A stretch of 64,000 nt of DNA from Candidatus Poseidoniaceae archaeon (GTDB lineage Archaea; Thermoplasmatota; Poseidoniia; Poseidoniales; Poseidoniaceae), in assembly GCA_028822845.1 (NCBI GenBank), contig JAPKCS010000007.1, forward strand, positions 2,649 to 66,648, given 5' to 3'. The translations under genes were made by a program, and so were the position numbers. Positions 9,887-17,232 of this stretch are shown piece by piece; the stretch's first letter is position 1, and the number at the start of each line of letters is the position of its first letter. A model generated the notes under the pieces. The model was not told the origin of the DNA and did no database searches. It was given only the letters and a program-made list of their open reading frames with translations.

Positions 9887-10760
9887 CTTCAGCACCTCCA
9901 AGGTTGGCCGCCACAATGTTGGCGACGAAATTTAATTCCTCATCCGTAGGGGGTTTGACGGATTGTGGTTCAGGCAATCCACGTTCATGCCAATAAATGA
10001 CAAGACCAAACACCAGGATGGAGATGGAAAGGCCGACGGCTGTACCAAGGAGATCGGAGCCGGCAAGCCACAGATGGTATCGGAACGAGGCGGAATCAAC
10101 AGCATGGCCATCGATGGTCATCCCCAGGACAAGCAAGAGGAAGACAAATCCTGAAACAAACCAAAGCATATTTGATTCAGTGCTTCGTTGAACACCTATG
10201 ACCCTGAGGCACAAAGCAGCGCCCGAACAAAGACAAGTCATCAAAAGAAGGAAGGTTGGCAAAAAGACAAGCCAGTAACGGTTTACCTCGCCATTCAGAG
10301 TCGGTGTGAAATCACCCCAATGCATGCCTGTAAACCAAACAACACCGATCATGGTCGCGCCAACACCCAAGCGGCGGTCGCTTTTGGGCAGGCGGCCCAC
10401 CGGCACATTGCCCGAGAACGCAATCAAGTAGAGGCCGACCAGAAGCAGTGCCGATGGCCCGACAATGAACCCGAGTAAATGCCCAGCTTCACTCGATGGA
10501 GATGATGGTACAGTCCAAGGGGTGAGAACAACACCAACGAACCCTAAGAGAACGAGGCAACGTCCAAGTGCCCGCCCCATGGCCTCTTTAGAAGAAAGTG
10601 AAATCCAGAGGCCAAGGGGCATCAGCACAGCGGGAAGCCAAAACCAAACGGCTGCTTCTGCCATCGCATCCATGCTGGTGGCTCCGCCATTGTTCTTATC
10701 AAAGCGACCCCGATTTTCATACGCAGTGGCTTGGTTCCATGGCAATGTGCGATGCGGCAT
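9879..10760 (-). CDS. Hypothetical polytopic membrane protein
   Basis: The 492-aa ORF 9879..11357 is trimmed to an internal ATG at 10760 (alternative 10673), because its upstream 200 codons run antisense through rpl44e/rps27e. The retained part is strongly hydrophobic (WFWLPAVLMPLGLWISL...). Confidence 0.5.
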   Translation of the reverse strand: MPHRTLPWNQATAYENRGRFDKNNGGATSMDAMAEAAVWFWLPAVLMPLGLWISLSSKEAMGRALGRCLVLLGFVGVVLTPWTVPSSPSSEAGHLLGFIVGPSALLLVGLYLIAFSGNVPVGRLPKSDRRLGVGATMIGVVWFTGMHWGDFTPTLNGEVNRYWLVFLPTFLLLMTCLCSGAALCLRVIGVQRSTESNMLWFVSGFVFLLLVLGMTIDGHAVDSASFRYHLWLAGSDLLGTAVGLSISILVFGLVIYWHERGLPEPQSVKPPTDEELNFVANIVAANLGGAEDE

Positions 10761-10805
10761 TTCTAAATACCCGACTCTGGTGGACCGAATGCTTAAGGTG
10801 CTCTT

Positions 10806-11090
10806 ATGGTGAAAATGCCTCGTCAAGTAAAGCGTTACAGTCCGTCGGCTGGCAAGCACACTATGCATACCATCGAGCGTGTGAAGAAAAAGCGCGCCTC
10901 CGAACTTCGCTGGGGTCAGCGCCGGTTCCGCCGTGTTATGGCTGGATACCGTGGTTTCCCACGTCCAAAGCCTGAAGGCCGTGAGAAGCCGACCAAGCGA
11001 GTGAACATTCTCTTCCGTTGCACAGAAACGGGTAAGGCGCATTACGCACCTTGCCAACGTGCTAAGAAGTTTGAATTGATTGACAAGTGA
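10806..11090 (+). CDS. rpl44e: 50S ribosomal protein L44e (eL42), cysteine-poor variant
   Basis: MVKMPRQVKRY...ELRWGQRRFRRV..GYRGFPRPKPEGREKPTKRV...RAKKFEL matches L44e. The expected CxxC pairs read SPSA and CTET. Confidence 0.85.
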   Translation: MVKMPRQVKRYSPSAGKHTMHTIERVKKKRASELRWGQRRFRRVMAGYRGFPRPKPEGREKPTKRVNILFRCTETGKAHYAPCQRAKKFELIDK

Positions 11091-11100
11091 GATGAATACC

Positions 11101-11271
11101 ATGGCAAAGAATTTCCTCAAAGTCGCCTGCAGAGATTGCAGCAACGAAACCACCATCTTCTCCCGAGCGACCACTGTTGTATCTTGCAACGTTTGTGGCG
11201 CTACACTAACCAACCCATCTGGCGGCAAAGCCGATCTCATTGGTTGCACTGTTGTTGAAGCACTCGAGTAA
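11101..11271 (+). CDS. rps27e: 30S ribosomal protein S27e
   Basis: MAKNFLKVACRDCSNETTIFSRATTVVSCNVCG: C-x2-C-x14-C-x2-C ribbon. Conserved position between rpl44e and aIF2alpha. Confidence 0.85.
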   Translation: MAKNFLKVACRDCSNETTIFSRATTVVSCNVCGATLTNPSGGKADLIGCTVVEALE

Positions 11272-11286
11272 GGAGGCTGAGCCTCC

Positions 11287-12078
11287 ATGCCTTCAGTTAA
11301 ATCGTCCAGCACACCCTCTGAAGGCGAACTTGTTGTTGTCTCGGTTACAACCGTCAAACAAAACGGAGCTTATGTCTCCCTGGATGAATTTACAGGTGTT
11401 GAAGGATTCATCTTTATTGGCGAAATCGCCAGCGGATGGGTCAAAAACATCCGTGCCTTTGTTCGAGAAGGACAACGTTTGATTTGCAAGGTGATGCGAA
11501 CCCGTAAGGATGGCACTTCACTGGAACTTTCGCTTAAATCGGTCTCTGAAGAACGTCGCAGAGATCGCCTACAAGAGTGGAAGAATGAACAACGTGCACA
11601 TCAATTGCTCAAGGTCTTGGGCGACAAAGTCGGATGGGACGCTGCAGAAATCGCTTCTTCCGCTGAAGAATTAGCCGATGCCTTTGGTGGATTATACACC
11701 GCTTTTGAAGAAGCTGCAATGAATGAAGGCTCCCTTCAGGATGCCGGATTCGAAGGCGACTGGCTCCAACCCTTCATTGAAATTGCAATGGAGAACATCA
11801 TTCCTCCTTTTGTCGAAATCCGCGGCACCCTCACACTCAGCATCAACGCTACAAACGGCGTCGAGGTGATTCGTGACGCTTTGATGGCTGCTGAATCACA
11901 CACTTCTGAAGAAGAAGAAATTGAAATCACCTGCCATTACAACGGTGCACCAGAATATCGAATCGAATTAAGGGCTCCAGATTTCAAAACCGCTGAAGCC
12001 TTGTGGGAAGAAGTGACGAGCGCCTCGCTCGATCATGTCACTGCAGCTGGTGGCGAAGCAGAAGCCTACCGTGAGTAA
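11287..12078 (+). CDS. eif2a: Translation initiation factor aIF-2 alpha subunit
   Basis: N-terminal S1 domain (GELVVVSVTTVKQNGAYVSLDEF...GFIFIGEIASGWVKNIR), then helical and alpha-beta domains. Conserved operon context. Confidence 0.9.
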   Translation: MPSVKSSSTPSEGELVVVSVTTVKQNGAYVSLDEFTGVEGFIFIGEIASGWVKNIRAFVREGQRLICKVMRTRKDGTSLELSLKSVSEERRRDRLQEWKNEQRAHQLLKVLGDKVGWDAAEIASSAEELADAFGGLYTAFEEAAMNEGSLQDAGFEGDWLQPFIEIAMENIIPPFVEIRGTLTLSINATNGVEVIRDALMAAESHTSEEEEIEITCHYNGAPEYRIELRAPDFKTAEALWEEVTSASLDHVTAAGGEAEAYRE

Positions 12079-12103
12079 AGAATCAACAAAATGTGGTGTA
12101 AAT

Positions 12104-12346
12104 ATGGCTCGACAACTCCTCCAACAATGCCTAACCTGCCAAGCATGGACCCTCGCTACAACATGCCCCGCATGCGGCGAAACGGCTCAAGCAGCTGCCC
12201 CTTTGAAGTGGTCACCTGAAGACAACAGAGCTCCAATTCGCCGAAAGATGTACGAAGTCGAATCACCTGAATGGACTGAAGGCCTACCGACACTGCCCCC
12301 CCTTCAAGAAATGAAAGATGCCCATGTGGCGTCCGAAGAAGAGTGA
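12104..12346 (+). CDS. nop10: H/ACA RNP protein Nop10, with a C-terminal extension of about 25 aa
   Basis: MARQLLQQCLTCQAWTLATTCPACGETAQAAAPLKWSPEDN: zinc ribbon plus the FSPED-like motif. Start at ATG 12104. Tail ends ...ASEEE. Confidence 0.8.
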   Translation: MARQLLQQCLTCQAWTLATTCPACGETAQAAAPLKWSPEDNRAPIRRKMYEVESPEWTEGLPTLPPLQEMKDAHVASEEE

Positions 12347-12378
12347 AAGCCTCGCCTTCAGCAGCACCCTACCTAAAT

Positions 12379-12397
12379 GGGGCCCGTAGCCCCTTTT
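12379..12397 (+). terminator. Putative terminator after nop10: GGGGC-loop-GCCCC hairpin followed by TTTT
   Basis: ggggcccgtagcccc then tttt, 33 nt after the nop10 stop. Read directly from the sequence. Confidence 0.35.
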
Positions 12398-12440
12398 GAA
12401 CATCAAACATTATAGCGCGGCGCGATTCGTTTGAGGAATT

Positions 12441-13196
12441 ATGGGATTGCACATCGAATGGATAAAACAGCCCAACACCCTTGGCGATCATCGGATGATG
12501 TTGTTCGCACTGCCAGGGGTGGGGAACGTAGGGAAAGCCGCACTCGAAGGGCTGACTCAAGTGAATCAGTGCACCGAGTTAGCTCGTTTGCACCACACCG
12601 CACTCCCTCCTTTGGCCATGCTAGATGAGAATGGTTTGCTCTCACCACCACATCTTTCACTTTGCGCTATAGAATCGTCAACTGGAGTCCGCATACTTAC
12701 ACTCACAGGCACATCCCAACCCCTTGAATCCGAACATCAAGGGAGCATGGCCCAAGCCTTGATGTCATGGCTTTCTGAACAAGGAGTCAAAGAACTCTAC
12801 GTGCTTGCTGGACTGATGGATGGACCGACAAGGAAGGAATGCTTCGTCGTCCCATCAAGCGCAGAACATCGAATCGACCTGGAAGCATCAAGCGTTGATG
12901 TCCGACGAGATGAACCACGTTCTGGCGCCATTGGGCTTGCGGCATTAATGGCCTCAGTGGGCCCACTCCACGGCGTTCGTTCGGCATGCGCCATAGCCAC
13001 CACAGTTGGAGCGAGTGGCGATGTTTTTGCATCTCAGCGACTCCTTGAAGCCTTGGATGGATGGTTTGACCTTGGGATCGCACTTCCTGCTGATGCTCAA
13101 GCCATGTTGACCGAGAAACTGGCAGCCCTCGCTCCTAAAAACAAAGAAGATTACGTTTCAGAACTAACAGAATCACCAGATGCCTTCTACATGTGA
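12441..13196 (+). CDS. PAC2-family proteasome assembly chaperone (PbaA/PbaB-like)
   Basis: LFALPGVGNVGKAALEGL N-terminal motif. The C-terminus ...DAFYM fits an HbYX (hydrophobic-Tyr-X) tail. Conserved position after nop10 in euryarchaeal operons. Confidence 0.6.
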   Translation: MGLHIEWIKQPNTLGDHRMMLFALPGVGNVGKAALEGLTQVNQCTELARLHHTALPPLAMLDENGLLSPPHLSLCAIESSTGVRILTLTGTSQPLESEHQGSMAQALMSWLSEQGVKELYVLAGLMDGPTRKECFVVPSSAEHRIDLEASSVDVRRDEPRSGAIGLAALMASVGPLHGVRSACAIATTVGASGDVFASQRLLEALDGWFDLGIALPADAQAMLTEKLAALAPKNKEDYVSELTESPDAFYM

Positions 13197-13223
13197 TGCC
13201 GATCAGGTCATCGTGCAATGAAT

Positions 13224-13309
13224 TGGCGCCGAGAGAGAGATTTGAACTCCCGTGTCCAAGGGACAGTGGATTTCGAATCCACCGCAATACCGGGCTATGC
13301 GATCTCGGC
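13224..13309 (-). tRNA. tRNA-Ser (anticodon CGA), class II with long variable arm, CCA encoded
   Basis: GCCGAGA/TCTCGGC is a perfect 7-bp acceptor stem. The anticodon stem is GTGGA/TCCAC with loop TTCGAAA. The variable arm is GTCC-CTT-GGAC. The T arm is GGGAG-TTCAAAT-CTCTC. Discriminator G, then CCA. Confidence 0.9.
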
Positions 13310-13363
13310 CGTAATGTGTGGTTCAGCGCCACCGTCATAAGCATGGTGCTATGACAGGCAGCC

Positions 13364-13564
13364 ATGCAGGTGCGCTTTCAGGGCCGAGACCATGACGTAG
13401 CCGTTGAGTGCACCGAAAACACCACTGTCCGTGCTGCATTGGCCCAGGCGGGCATCCTTGCATCCACCGTGATTGTGAGCTTCGAAGGTGTTGTTCTCCC
13501 TCATGCTACAACGCTGAATGCTGAAACAACATTGTTGGTCACAACAGTGTCGTCTGGCGGTTAA
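13364..13564 (+). CDS. ThiS/MoaD/SAMP-family ubiquitin-like small protein (C-terminal Gly-Gly)
   Basis: 66 aa ending ...TVSSGG immediately before the stop. Length and beta-grasp-like hydrophobic pattern are typical of ThiS/MoaD. Confidence 0.65.
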   Translation: MQVRFQGRDHDVAVECTENTTVRAALAQAGILASTVIVSFEGVVLPHATTLNAETTLLVTTVSSGG

Positions 13565-15408
13565 TCTTCACGATCGACGCGCTCGGTGATTTGGATTTTC
13601 GAGTTGCGATTGATTTGGCCTTTGACATCGATTGCCCAAGCGTCTAAACTGATGTTCGCAGCAACCAAGGTGTCGCCAATTTCTGCAAGGTCGTATTGAG
13701 GACCCCAATCCGCTGCCCAACCTTCAACTTTCATGGAACCCGTTGCATCCAAGAGCATCATTCCTTTTCTGTGCCAAGATTTGCCATTCCGACCGACCCC
13801 TTTCTTTTCAAATCGATACACAAGTCGCCCAGTGACGTTCCAACGTGCTCTGAAGTCCATCAAGGAAGTGTCGATGCTTTCACCTTCCCCAGCGTGAACA
13901 ACAATGGCGTGTGGATCAACTTTCAGCTGCAATTCCCCCTTGTAATTTGCAGAAGGGACGACACCGTCCAATTTCACACGGTCACCTTTGGCTAGGTCTT
14001 GAGGCCAAGCCGGTTGACCGTCTTGATGGGTGTCAACCAGCAGTTGTAATTGAGCAAAGTGACCACCTTGGACCACTTTGATTGTTGGGCGCTTTCCTTC
14101 ACCCCCGCCGAGCACACTGAACACCTCAGCGATCAAGGTCATCCGAGGTTCAAGGGAACCGAAAGCGGTCAAATCAAACGAACCGGAAGATCCCGGCAAG
14201 AGCACTGAACCACCTTCTGGCAGTTCACTTGGACCTTTACCACCCGGGCATATAGCGTTCCAATCACAGCGGGAACAGCGGCTTGTCTTCGGGGCTTGGA
14301 CAGAGACGCCCCCCGGTGCAAAGCCACGCATTGGCGATGGTTCAGGTGGGCATTCATCCATGCTTGGCTTCGTGACCTTGAGTTGGTGCCAAAGGCTGTT
14401 CAAATCGGATTCCATTGCTTTCATTTCCTCGATGGTTGGGACATCAATTGGCTTAATCACATCAGCACCGAGGTACCAGATCTCCAGCGCATCCACCGTT
14501 TCCTTTCGATCGTGGGTGACCCACCAAAGCATGGCATACATTCGTAGTTGTTCGACATAATTTCCAGAACGGTCCCCTGCACCTACGCTCGCTTTCAAAT
14601 CGACAATGTTGATGGTATTGTCCCAGCGGTAGATAAGATCGTATTCACCTTGGAACCAATGTTCTGGGTGAATCGCATTCATTGCGAATTTACCTGCATT
14701 TGGATCAACAAACCAAGGTCGTGTGACTTCCCAAGCCTCAACCCAAGTCACAGGACCCTCTTGTGCCAGCGGGTGTTGGAATGGAAGGTCGTAACTGCGT
14801 CCATCTGGCGAAGGCCAGTGAGGCCGTGCCCCTGCACGCCATTGTTCAAGGTTCGGACCACCCTCGGCAACATGGCATCGCTCAACCTGTGCGAGGTGCA
14901 TTTCAAGGCCCTTGAGGCACATGTCCAAGCAACGCCCAGAATCAACGCTCGACCAATCGCCCGCCTTACGTTCGTCCTTTTCCCATTCGACTTTCATATC
15001 ATTCAAAGCCCGCGGCAGGTGAATCCCTAAGCGTTGTTGGGCCCATGTACGAAGTCCATCAAGGTCGTCTGGCCACATCTCTTCTGGCAAAGCCAATAAG
15101 CGATCTGCAGGCCAAACCATTCCCGTTTCACGCGATGGTACTCCGCTTTGGTCCAGAGGAATATTGGCTAATGTTTCCGCCGAAGCATTGGCTACAAGCA
15201 AGGCCGGTGTTTCCTGCAACATGCGGCAAAAAGCTTCTTCAACGGCTCGACCGACAAAGAGCACTGGGATTTGAGGCATCTTGAAGCGGCGTACTTTTTC
15301 GTAGAACCACAACCTTGGACATGAAGAGTACGCATTGACTTGACTGGCGCTTAACCGATTGAAAGGTCCAATCTCATCGACCTCAGGAACTGCAAGACGG
15401 ACAGGCAT
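13561..15408 (-). CDS. Cas4-type PD-(D/E)XK Fe-S nuclease fused to two C-terminal OB folds (paralog B)
   Basis: N-terminal Cys context LSASQVNAYSSCPRLWFY. Nuclease core GEYDLIYRWDNTINIVDLKAS. QLRMYAMLWW (QxxxY). CSRCDWNAIC (CX2CX5C). C-terminal OB-like KGMMLLDATGSMKVEGWAADW...GDTLVAANISLDAW. Confidence 0.65.
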   Translation of the reverse strand: MPVRLAVPEVDEIGPFNRLSASQVNAYSSCPRLWFYEKVRRFKMPQIPVLFVGRAVEEAFCRMLQETPALLVANASAETLANIPLDQSGVPSRETGMVWPADRLLALPEEMWPDDLDGLRTWAQQRLGIHLPRALNDMKVEWEKDERKAGDWSSVDSGRCLDMCLKGLEMHLAQVERCHVAEGGPNLEQWRAGARPHWPSPDGRSYDLPFQHPLAQEGPVTWVEAWEVTRPWFVDPNAGKFAMNAIHPEHWFQGEYDLIYRWDNTINIVDLKASVGAGDRSGNYVEQLRMYAMLWWVTHDRKETVDALEIWYLGADVIKPIDVPTIEEMKAMESDLNSLWHQLKVTKPSMDECPPEPSPMRGFAPGGVSVQAPKTSRCSRCDWNAICPGGKGPSELPEGGSVLLPGSSGSFDLTAFGSLEPRMTLIAEVFSVLGGGEGKRPTIKVVQGGHFAQLQLLVDTHQDGQPAWPQDLAKGDRVKLDGVVPSANYKGELQLKVDPHAIVVHAGEGESIDTSLMDFRARWNVTGRLVYRFEKKGVGRNGKSWHRKGMMLLDATGSMKVEGWAADWGPQYDLAEIGDTLVAANISLDAWAIDVKGQINRNSKIQITERVDRED

Positions 15409-15441
15409 AACTCGATGTCTTACACCGAGCCTTCTTAAACT

Positions 15442-17217
15442 CTAAGATGAATCTGTTTTGGACTTCAACGTGAGTCTGGTCTTTCTTGTGTCCATTCTCA
15501 ATTGAGGCAAACCTGCTCGCCAGCCCAATTCTGCTGCCATGAGCTGGAGTTCATCGCCGGGACGAATCGACTCCATTTGCCCAGTGATGCTCGAACCGAA
15601 GGCAGCGATTTCGACGACGTGGTTGCCATCCCAGAGGTGCATTGAAAGCATGGTCCAAGGCTTTTCATCCAACCGGACTCCAGAGCGTTTCTGTAAACTC
15701 AGCACCACACCCTCAACGTTGGCACGGGTTCGAAGAAGTCCGAGCCGGGTGGTGTGAGCACTGAGATCTATGCCTTTTTCATCGAACCGCTGTTGAGCAT
15801 CGCTTAACGAAAGCACCTCACTTTTGGCATCGAGGTACAGTCGAGGAGCACCACGCCAGACGCCTGGAAGGGCATCGAGGATGACAATGTCCCCTTTTGG
15901 ACCTTCATGCAACTTTGGAAAAGATCCCGGTTCACTTTCTTCAACCGTCAACTGGACGCCGCCTGCAACCAGCATAGCACCTAAGACAGGTTCACTGAAG
16001 TGGTTTGGTAAAGGACCCCATGCACCCGTAAAAGAACCTTGGACGTTGACACGGTTCGGTATTTCTGAAAGGGTTTGACTTGGTGAAGTGATGTTCAGTT
16101 CTCGAATCGATGTGATGCTGTCGAGCAATTCATCGTTGGTGAAGGTGCCATCTTGATCCCGTGCTAGGCTGCACCAGTGGCAACCAGCAGCTTCGCCATC
16201 GCACGCATCTCCTGGAAGAGCAGGGAGAGCGACCGGGCCGGAACCCATGGTTTGCATCGCTTTATTGACCGAAAAGAATTCTTCTGTCATCGATGCGATT
16301 TCTTCGAGGGTCGGAGGTGTGTATTCAATCCGATGGGGTCCAGAGAGGTACCAGCCTTCCAAACCATCCACGAGCATGGTGTCGTGCGTCTCATGCCACA
16401 ACCAGGCGTAGAATCGAAGTTGGTGCTGCAAGGAAGAAGCAAACCGAGATGTAGGATCTCCTGATTTGACATCAATCAAGCGTATCCGCCCATCCCAACG
16501 CATGACTAAGTCTAATTCGCCTGCAGCCCAACCACCTGGATGGTACAGTCGTTGAGGTTGATGAACCCGTGGATCTTTGACCCAAGGGCGAGCGATCTCC
16601 CAGGCTTCATGCCATGAAACAGGTGCGCCAGGGGCATTCCAAACCATCGGTTCATCTTTCGCCCATGTTCGCATTCCAAAACTTCGAACTTTTTCTGGAA
16701 CTGGGAACTTAGGTTCGTCACCCCATGCCGGTGATGGAATCTCAAATGGTGCGTCGTCAGCACGGTAGCGTTCAACAAACGGGCCACCATGTTCGCTGTG
16801 GCACCGGTTGACTTCCTCCATGAACAACGTCATCCCCGATCTGAGTTTTTCTTCTAAGACTTCGACGTGAACATCGTCCCACGAAGACCCTTCGGCATGC
16901 CAAAGCGATGCTTGCCAGGCGGTCAAACCATCATCATAAGCCCGTTGTGCGGCCTCGGGTATTTTCTCGTTAATCCAGAGACTTAGCGATGTAAGTGAGT
17001 CTATGCTTGCATCTGGCCGATGCATGAATAAACCGCACAACTGATCTTCGATCACAATTCCCAACACCTGGGATGGGTTGGTTGGGCCAGAAAGCCCAAG
17101 TTTCCTCCCGAGGAACCATTGTCGCTGACATCGAAGAAACGTCGTCAATCCACTGGCAGAGATTCTGGATCTCGAGCGGCCTAATGGCCCTCCAAGTGGT
17201 GGATTTCCGACTGGCAT
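15442..17217 (-). CDS. Cas4-type PD-(D/E)XK Fe-S nuclease fused to C-terminal OB folds (paralog A)
   Basis: ISASGLTTFLRCQRQWF, GELDLVMRWDGRIRLIDVKSG, QLRFYAWLW, CDGEAAGCHWC. C-terminal OB-like WTMLSMHLWDGNHVVEIAAFG...PGDELQLMAAELGW. Collinear with the neighbouring paralog. Confidence 0.65.
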   Translation of the reverse strand: MPVGNPPLGGPLGRSRSRISASGLTTFLRCQRQWFLGRKLGLSGPTNPSQVLGIVIEDQLCGLFMHRPDASIDSLTSLSLWINEKIPEAAQRAYDDGLTAWQASLWHAEGSSWDDVHVEVLEEKLRSGMTLFMEEVNRCHSEHGGPFVERYRADDAPFEIPSPAWGDEPKFPVPEKVRSFGMRTWAKDEPMVWNAPGAPVSWHEAWEIARPWVKDPRVHQPQRLYHPGGWAAGELDLVMRWDGRIRLIDVKSGDPTSRFASSLQHQLRFYAWLWHETHDTMLVDGLEGWYLSGPHRIEYTPPTLEEIASMTEEFFSVNKAMQTMGSGPVALPALPGDACDGEAAGCHWCSLARDQDGTFTNDELLDSITSIRELNITSPSQTLSEIPNRVNVQGSFTGAWGPLPNHFSEPVLGAMLVAGGVQLTVEESEPGSFPKLHEGPKGDIVILDALPGVWRGAPRLYLDAKSEVLSLSDAQQRFDEKGIDLSAHTTRLGLLRTRANVEGVVLSLQKRSGVRLDEKPWTMLSMHLWDGNHVVEIAAFGSSITGQMESIRPGDELQLMAAELGWRAGLPQLRMDTRKTRLTLKSKTDSS

Positions 17218-17232
17218 AATCTCACCATTACC

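Noticed and set aside
10761-11357. N-terminal 199 codons of the 492-aa minus-strand ORF 9879..11357
   Set aside because: This part runs antisense across the well-supported rpl44e and rps27e genes and the start of aIF2alpha. It is not hydrophobic like the rest of the protein. The gene was trimmed to an internal ATG (10760 or 10673).
14078-15030. Two 160-aa plus-strand ORFs inside nuclease paralog B
   Set aside because: They are antisense to an ORF that has multiple ordered nuclease motifs, and they have no motifs themselves.
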